NCBI GenBank assembly: GCA_043228905.1
Contig: JBHGNT010000045.1
Coordinates: 1 to 64,000 of the forward strand
DNA length: 64,000 nucleotides
Reading direction: 5' to 3'
From: Azolla caroliniana
Lineage: Eukaryota > Plantae > Polypodiophyta
Of this stretch, positions 57,601 to 64,000 are shown one piece after another. The notes under the pieces were generated by a model. The model worked only from the letters and a program-made list of their open reading frames with translations. It ran no database searches and was not told the DNA's origin. Within the stretch, counting starts at the first letter, position 1; every line of letters begins with the position of its first letter. Both the position numbers and the translations under genes were made by a program.

Positions 57601-58370
57601 CGAGCCAGGTATGAACATTTTCATTTACTCAAGGGCTCCTCTCAACTCCCTCCTCAAATTTGGTAATTTCGTCATGTCTCTCGACCTGAGTTTCAAAATC
57701 TTGATTTTTTAATTCCATATCATAGCTAGCGTTGTTAGCTTCGATACGCATGTTTGAACACAAAAATCCGATATGACACGAGCCAGGTATGAACATTTTC
57801 ATTTACTCAAGGGCTCTTCTCAACTCCCTCCTCAAATTTGGTAATTTCGTCATGTCTCTCGACCTGAGTTTCAAAATATTGATTTTTTAATTCCATATCA
57901 TAGCTAGCATTGTTAGCTTCGATTGGCATGTTTGAACACAAAAATCCGATATTACACGAGCCAGGTATGAACATTTTCATTTACTCAAGGGCTCCTCTCA
58001 ACTCCCTCCTCAAATTTGGTAATTTCGTCATGTCTCTCGACCAGAGTTTCAAAATCTTGATTTTTTAATTCCATAGCATAGCTAGCGTTGTTAGCTTCGA
58101 TTCGCATGTTTGAACACAAAAATCCGATATTACACCAGCCAGGTATGAACATTTTCATTTACTCAAGGGGTCCTCTCAACTCACTACTCAAATTTGGTAA
58201 TTTCATCATGTCTCTTGACCAGAGTTTCAAAATCTTGATTTATTAAGTCCATATCATAGCTAGCGTTGTTAGCTTCGATTCGCATGTTTGAACACAAACA
58301 TCGGATATCACACGAGCCAGGTATGAACATTTTAATTTACTCAAGGGCTCCTCTCAACTCCCTCCTCATG
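48660..58370. repeat. 27-monomer HOR (4808 bp), two tandem copies
   Basis: ttcggatg 50090/54898, ctgttgacc ~50020/~54828, gctagaatt ~50957/~55765, aaatgttg ~51106/~55914, gacatcac 52071/56879. 4808 = 27x178 + 2. Confidence 0.92.
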
Positions 58371-60840
58371 TTTGCTAATTTCGTCATGTCTCTCGACTTG
58401 AGTTTCAAAATCTTGATTTTTTAATTCCATATCATAGCTAGCGTTGTTAGCTTCGATTCGCATGTTTGAACACAAAAATCCGATATCACACGAGCCAGGT
58501 ATGAACATTTTAATTTACTCAAGGGCTTCTCTCAACTCCCTCCTCATGTTTGCTAATTTCGTCATGTGTCTCGACCTGAGTTTCAAAATATTGATTTTTT
58601 AATTCCATATCATAGCTAGCGTTGTTAGCTTCGATTCGCATGTTTGAACACAAAAATCCGATATCACACGAGCCAGGTATGAACATTTTCATTTACTCAA
58701 GGGCTCTTCTCAACTCACTCCTCAAATTTGCTAATTTCGTCATGTCTCTCGACCAGAGTTTGAAAATCTTGATTTTTTAATTCCATAGCATAGCTAGCGT
58801 TGTTAGCTTCGATTCGCATGTTTGAACACAAAAATCTGATATCACACGAGCCAGGTATGAACATTTTAATTTACTCAAGGGCTTCTCTCAACTCCCTCCT
58901 CAAATTTGGTAATTTCGTCATGTCTCTCGGATAGAGTTTTCAAAATATTGATTTTTTATTTCCATATCATAGGTAGTTTTGTTAGCTTCGATTCGCATGT
59001 TTGAACACAAACATCGGATATCACACGAGCCAGGTATGAACATTTTAATTTACTCAAGGGCTCCTCTCAACTCCCTCCTCATGTTTGCTAATTTCGTCAT
59101 GTCTCTCGACCTGTGTTTCAAAATCTTGATTTTTTAATTCCATATCATAGCTAGCGTTGCTAGCTTCGATTCGCATGTTTGAACACAAAAATCCGATAGT
59201 ACACGAGCCAGGTATGAACATTTTCATTTACTCAAGGGCTCCTCTCAACTCCCTCCTCAAATTTGGTAATTTCGTCATGTCTCTCGACCTAAGTTTCAAA
59301 ATCTTGATTTTTTAATTCCATATCATAGCTAGCGTTGTTAGCTTCGATACGCATGTTTGAACACAAAAATCCGATATCACACGAGCCAGGTATGAACATT
59401 TTCATTTACTCAAGGGCTCATCTCAACTCACTACTCAAATTTGGTAATTTCGTCATGTCTCTCGACCAGAGTTTCAAAATCTTGATTTTTTAAGTCCATA
59501 TCATAGCTAGCGTTGTTAGCTTCGATTCGCATGTTTGAACACAAAAATCCGATAGTACACGAGCCAGGTATGAACATTTTCATTTACTCAAGGGCTCCTC
59601 TCAACTCCCTCCTCAAATTTGGTAATTTCGTCATGTCTCTCGACCTGAGTTTCAAAATCTTGATTTTTTAATTCCATATCATAGCTAGCGTTGTTAGCTT
59701 CGATACGCATGTTTGAACACAAAAATCCGATATGACACGAGCCAGGTATGAACATTTTCATTTACTCAAGGGCTCTTCTCAACTCCCTCCTCAAATTTGG
59801 TAATTTCGTCATGTCTCTCGACCTGAGTTTCAAAATATTGATTTTTTAATTCCATATCATAGCTAGCATTGTTAGCTTCGATTGGCATGTTTGAACACAA
59901 AAATCCGATATTACACGAGCCAGGTATGAACATTTTCATTTACTCAAGGGCTCCTCTCAACTCCCTCCTCAAATTTGGTAATTTCGTCATGTCTCTCGAC
60001 CAGAGTTTCAAAATCTTGATTTTTTAATTCCATAGCATAGCTAGCGTTGTTAGCTTCGATTCGCATGTTTGAACACAAAAATCCGATATTACACCAGCCA
60101 GGTATGAACATTTTCATTTACTCAAGGGGTCCTCTCAACTCACTACTCAAATTTGGTAATTTCATCATGTCTCTTGACCAGAGTTTCAAAATCTTGATTT
60201 ATTAAGTCCATATCATAGCTAGCGTTGTTAGCTTCGATTCGCATGTTTGAACACAAACATCGGATATCACACGAGCCAGGTATGAACATTTTAATTTACT
60301 CAAGGGCTCCTCTCAACTCCCTCCTCATGTTTGCTAATTTCGTCATGTCTCTCGACTTGAGTTTCAAAATCTTGATTTTTTAATTCCATATCATAGCTAG
60401 CGTTGTTAGCTTCGATTCGCATGTTTGAACACAAAAATCCGATATCACACGAGCCAGGTATGAACATTTTAATTTACTCAAGGGCTTCTCTCAACTCCCT
60501 CCTCATGTTTGCTAATTTCGTCATGTGTCTCGACCTGAGTTTCAAAATATTGATTTTTTAATTCCATATCATAGCTAGCGTTGTTAGCTTCGATTCGCAT
60601 GTTTGAACACAAAAATCCGATATCACACGAGCCAGGTATGAACATTTTCATTTACTCAAGGGCTCTTCTCAACTCACTCCTCAAATTTGCTAATTTCGTC
60701 ATGTCTCTCGACCAGAGTTTGAAAATCTTGATTTTTTAATTCCATAGCATAGCTAGCGTTGTTAGCTTCGATTCGCATGTTTGAACACAAAAATCTGATA
60801 TCACACGAGCCAGGTATGAACATTTTAATTTACTCAAGGG
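56930..60840. repeat. 11-monomer HOR (1959 bp), two tandem copies
   Basis: ggatagagtttt 56970/58929, atgtgtctc ~58564/~60523, gtttgaaaatc ~58758/~60717. Confidence 0.88.
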
Positions 60841-63800
60841 CTCCTCTCAACTCCCTCCTCATGTTTGCTAATTTTGTCATGTCTCTTGACCTGAGTTTCA
60901 AAATCTTGATTTTTTAATTCCATATCATAGCTAGCGTTGTTAGCTTCGATTGGCATGTTTGAACACGAAAATCCGATATCACACCAGCCAGGTATGAACA
61001 TTTTCATTTACTCAAGGGGTCCTCTCAACTCACTACTCATGTTTGCTAATTATTTCATGTCTCTCGACCTGAGTTTCAAAACTTGATTTTTTAATTCCAT
61101 ATCATAGCTAGCGTTGTTAGCTTCGATTCGCATGTTTGAACACGAAAATCCGATATCACACGAGCCAGGTATGAACATTTTAATTTACCTCCTGACTCTT
61201 CTCAACTCACTCCTCAAATTTGGTAATTTCGTCATGTCTCTCGGATAGAGTTTTCAAAATATTGATTTTTTATTTCCATATCATAGGTAGTTTTGTTAGC
61301 TTCGATTCGCATGTTTGAACACAAACATCGGATATCACACGAGCCAGGTATGAACATTTTAATTTACTCAAGGGCTCCTCTCAACTCCCTCCTCATGTTT
61401 GCTAATTTCGTCATGTCTCTCGACCTGTGTTTCAAAATCTTGATTTTTTAATTCCATATCATAGCTAGCGTTGCTAGCTTCGATTCGCATGTTTGAACAC
61501 AAAAATCCGATAGTACACGAGCCAGGTATGAACATTTTCATTTACTCAAGGGCTCCTCTCAACTCCCTCCTCAAATTTGGTAATTTCGTCATGTCTCTCG
61601 ACCTAAGTTTCAAAATCTTGATTTTTTAATTCCATATCATAGCTAGCGTTGTTAGCTTCGATACGCATGTTTGAACACAAAAATCCGATATGACACGAGC
61701 CAGGTATGAACATTTTCATTTACTCAAGGGCTCTTCTCAACTCCCTCCTCAAATTTGGTAATTTCGTCATGTCTCTCGACCTGAGTTTCAAAATATTGAT
61801 TTTTTAATTCCATATCATAGCTAGCATTGTTAGCTTCGATTGGCATGTTTGAACACAAAAATCCGATATTACACGAGCCAGGTATGAACATTTTCATTTA
61901 CTCAAGGGCTCCTCTCAACTCCCTCCTCAAATTTGGTAATTTCGTCATGTCTCTCGACCAGAGTTTCAAAATCTTGATTTTTTAATTCCATAGCATAGCT
62001 AGCGTTGTTAGCTTCGATTGGCATGTTTGAACACAAAAATCTGATATCACACGAGCCAGGTATGAACATTTTAATTTACTCAAGGGCTTCTCTCAACTCC
62101 CTCCTGATGTTTGCTAATTTCGTCATGTCTCTCGACTTGAGTTTTAAAATCTTGATTTTTTAATTCCATATCATAGCTAGAATTGTTAGCTTCGATTCGC
62201 ATGTTTGAACACAAAAATCCGATATGACACGAGCCAGGTATGAACATTTTCATTTACTCAAGGGCTCTTCTCAACTCACTCCTCAAATTTGGTAATTTCG
62301 TCATGTCTCTCAACCAGAGTTTCAAAATGTTGATTTTTTAATTCCATATCATAGCTAGCGTTGTTAGCTTCGATTCGCATGTTTGAACACAAAAATCCGA
62401 TATTACACCAGCCAGGTATGAACATTTTCATTTACTCAAGGGGTCCTCTCAACTCACTACTCATGTTTGCTAATTATTTCATGTCTCTCGACCTGAGTTT
62501 CAAAATCTTGATTTTTTAATTCCATATCATAGCTAGCGTTGTTAGCTTCGATTCGCATGTTTGAACACAAACATCGGATATCACACGAGCCAGGTATGAA
62601 CATTTTAATTTACTCAAGGGCTCCTCTCAACTCCCTCCTCATGTTTGCTAATTTCGTCATGTCTCTCGACTTGAGTTTCAAAATCTTCATTTTTTAATTC
62701 CATATCATAGCTAGCGTTGTTAGCTTCGATTCGCATGTTTGAACACAAAAATCCGATATCACACGAGCCAGGTATGAACATTTTAATTTACTCAAGGGCT
62801 TCTCTCAACTCCCTCCTCATGTTTGCTAATTTCGTCATGTCTCTCGACCTGAGTTTCAAAATATTGATTTTTTAATTCCATATCATAGCTAGCGTTGTTA
62901 GCTTCGATTCGCATGTTTGAACACAAAAATCCGATATCACACGAGCCAGGTATGAACATTTTCATTTACTCAAGGGCTCTTCTCAACTCACTCCTCAAAT
63001 TTGCTAATTTCGTCATGTCTCTCGACCAGAGTTTCAAAATCTTGATTTTTTAATTCCATAGCATAGCTAGCGTTGTTAGCTTCGATTCGCATGTTTGAAC
63101 ACAAAAATCTGATATCACACGAGCCAGGTATGAACATTTTAATTTACTCAAGGGCTCCTCTCAACTCCCTCCTCATGTTTGCTAATTTCGTCATGTCTCT
63201 TGACCTGAGTTTCAAAATCTTGATTTTTTAATTCCATATCATAGCTAGCGTTGCTAGCTTCGATTCGCATGTTTGAACACGAAAATCCGATATCACACGA
63301 GCCAGGTATGAACATTTTAATTTACCTCCTGACTCTTCTCAACTCACTCCTCAAATTTGGTAATTTCGTCATGTCTCTCGGATAGAGTTTTCAAAATATT
63401 GATTTTTTATTTCCATATCATAGGTAGTTTTGTTAGCTTCGATTCGCATGTTTGAACACAAACATCGGATATCACACGAGCCAGGTATGAACATTTTAAT
63501 TTACTCAAGGGCTCCTCTCAACTCCCTCCTCATGTTTGCTAATTTCGTCATGTCTCTCGACCTGTGTTTCAAAATCTTGATTTTTTAATTCCATATCATA
63601 GCTAGCGTTGCTAGCTTCGATTCGCATGTTTGAACACAAAAATCCGATAGTACACGAGCCAGGTATGAACATTTTCATTTACTCAAGGGCTCCTCTCAAC
63701 TCCCTCCTCAAATTTGGTAATTTCGTCATGTATCTCGACCTAAGTTTCAAAATCTTGATTTTTTAATTCCATATCATAGCTAGCGTTGTTAGCTTCGATA

Positions 63801-64000
63801 CGCATGTTTGAACACAAAAATCCGATATGACACGAGCCAGGTATGAACATTTTCATTTACTCAAGGGCTCTTCTCAACTCCCTCCTCAAATTTGGTAATT
63901 TCGTCATGTCTCTCGACCTGAGTTTCAAAATATTGATTTTTTAATTCCATATCATAGCTAGCATTGTTAGCTTCGATTGGCATGTTTGAACACAAAAATC

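Larger units (their letters stand above)
1..64000. repeat. Tandem satellite DNA array, 178-bp monomer, ~360 copies, single orientation; putative (peri)centromeric satellite
   Basis: The motif agctag(c/t)gttgttagcttcg recurs at 1, 179, 357, 535... (period 178) through to the end of the window. Monomers differ only by scattered SNPs and rare 1-2 bp indels, and no non-repeat sequence was seen. The centromeric role is inferred from monomer size and homogeneity, not shown. Confidence 0.98.

Noticed and set aside
1-64000. CRISPR-like repeat-spacer array
   Set aside because: There are no unique spacers. The entire 178 bp is repeated, and no cas genes or leader are present.
1-64000. 5S rDNA, tRNA or snRNA tandem gene array
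   Set aside because: The monomer has no recognisable 5S, tRNA or snRNA sequence or Pol III internal boxes on either strand.
1-64000. Transposon insertion, inversion or telomeric repeat within the array
   Set aside because: None seen on reading through. Orientation and phase are maintained except for 1-2 bp indels and the two 111-bp monomers.

Overview
The whole 64 kb window is one uninterrupted, head-to-tail tandem array of an AT-rich ~178-bp satellite monomer, about 360 copies, all on the same strand. The consensus as read on + is agctagcgttgttagcttcgattcgcatgtttgaacacaaaaatccgatatYacacgagccaggtatgaacattttMatttactcaagggctcHtctcaactcMctcctcaWRtttgStaatttcgtcatgtctctcgaccWgagtttcaaaatcttgattttttaattccatatcat. 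I see no genes, RNA genes, transposon insertions or inversions; the nine short ORFs are chance read-throughs of the repeat. Monomer length, homogeneity and a CG/CHG deamination spectrum point to a methylated eukaryotic, probably plant, (peri)centromeric satellite. I do not recognise the family, and it does not resemble Arabidopsis CEN178 or Brassica CentBr as I recall them. The informative structure lies in the variants. Diagnostic SNPs and indels reveal a mosaic of recent higher-order duplications (5-, 9-, 11-, 12-, 18-, 27- and 31-mers, plus dispersed block copies), an out-of-register 111-bp junction monomer that was later amplified, a divergent monomer lineage with a 7-bp block replacement, and two independent mutations that perfect the same quasi-palindrome. 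All offsets were counted by eye from marker positions and block boundaries are approximate. I found no evidence of a novel protein-coding system.
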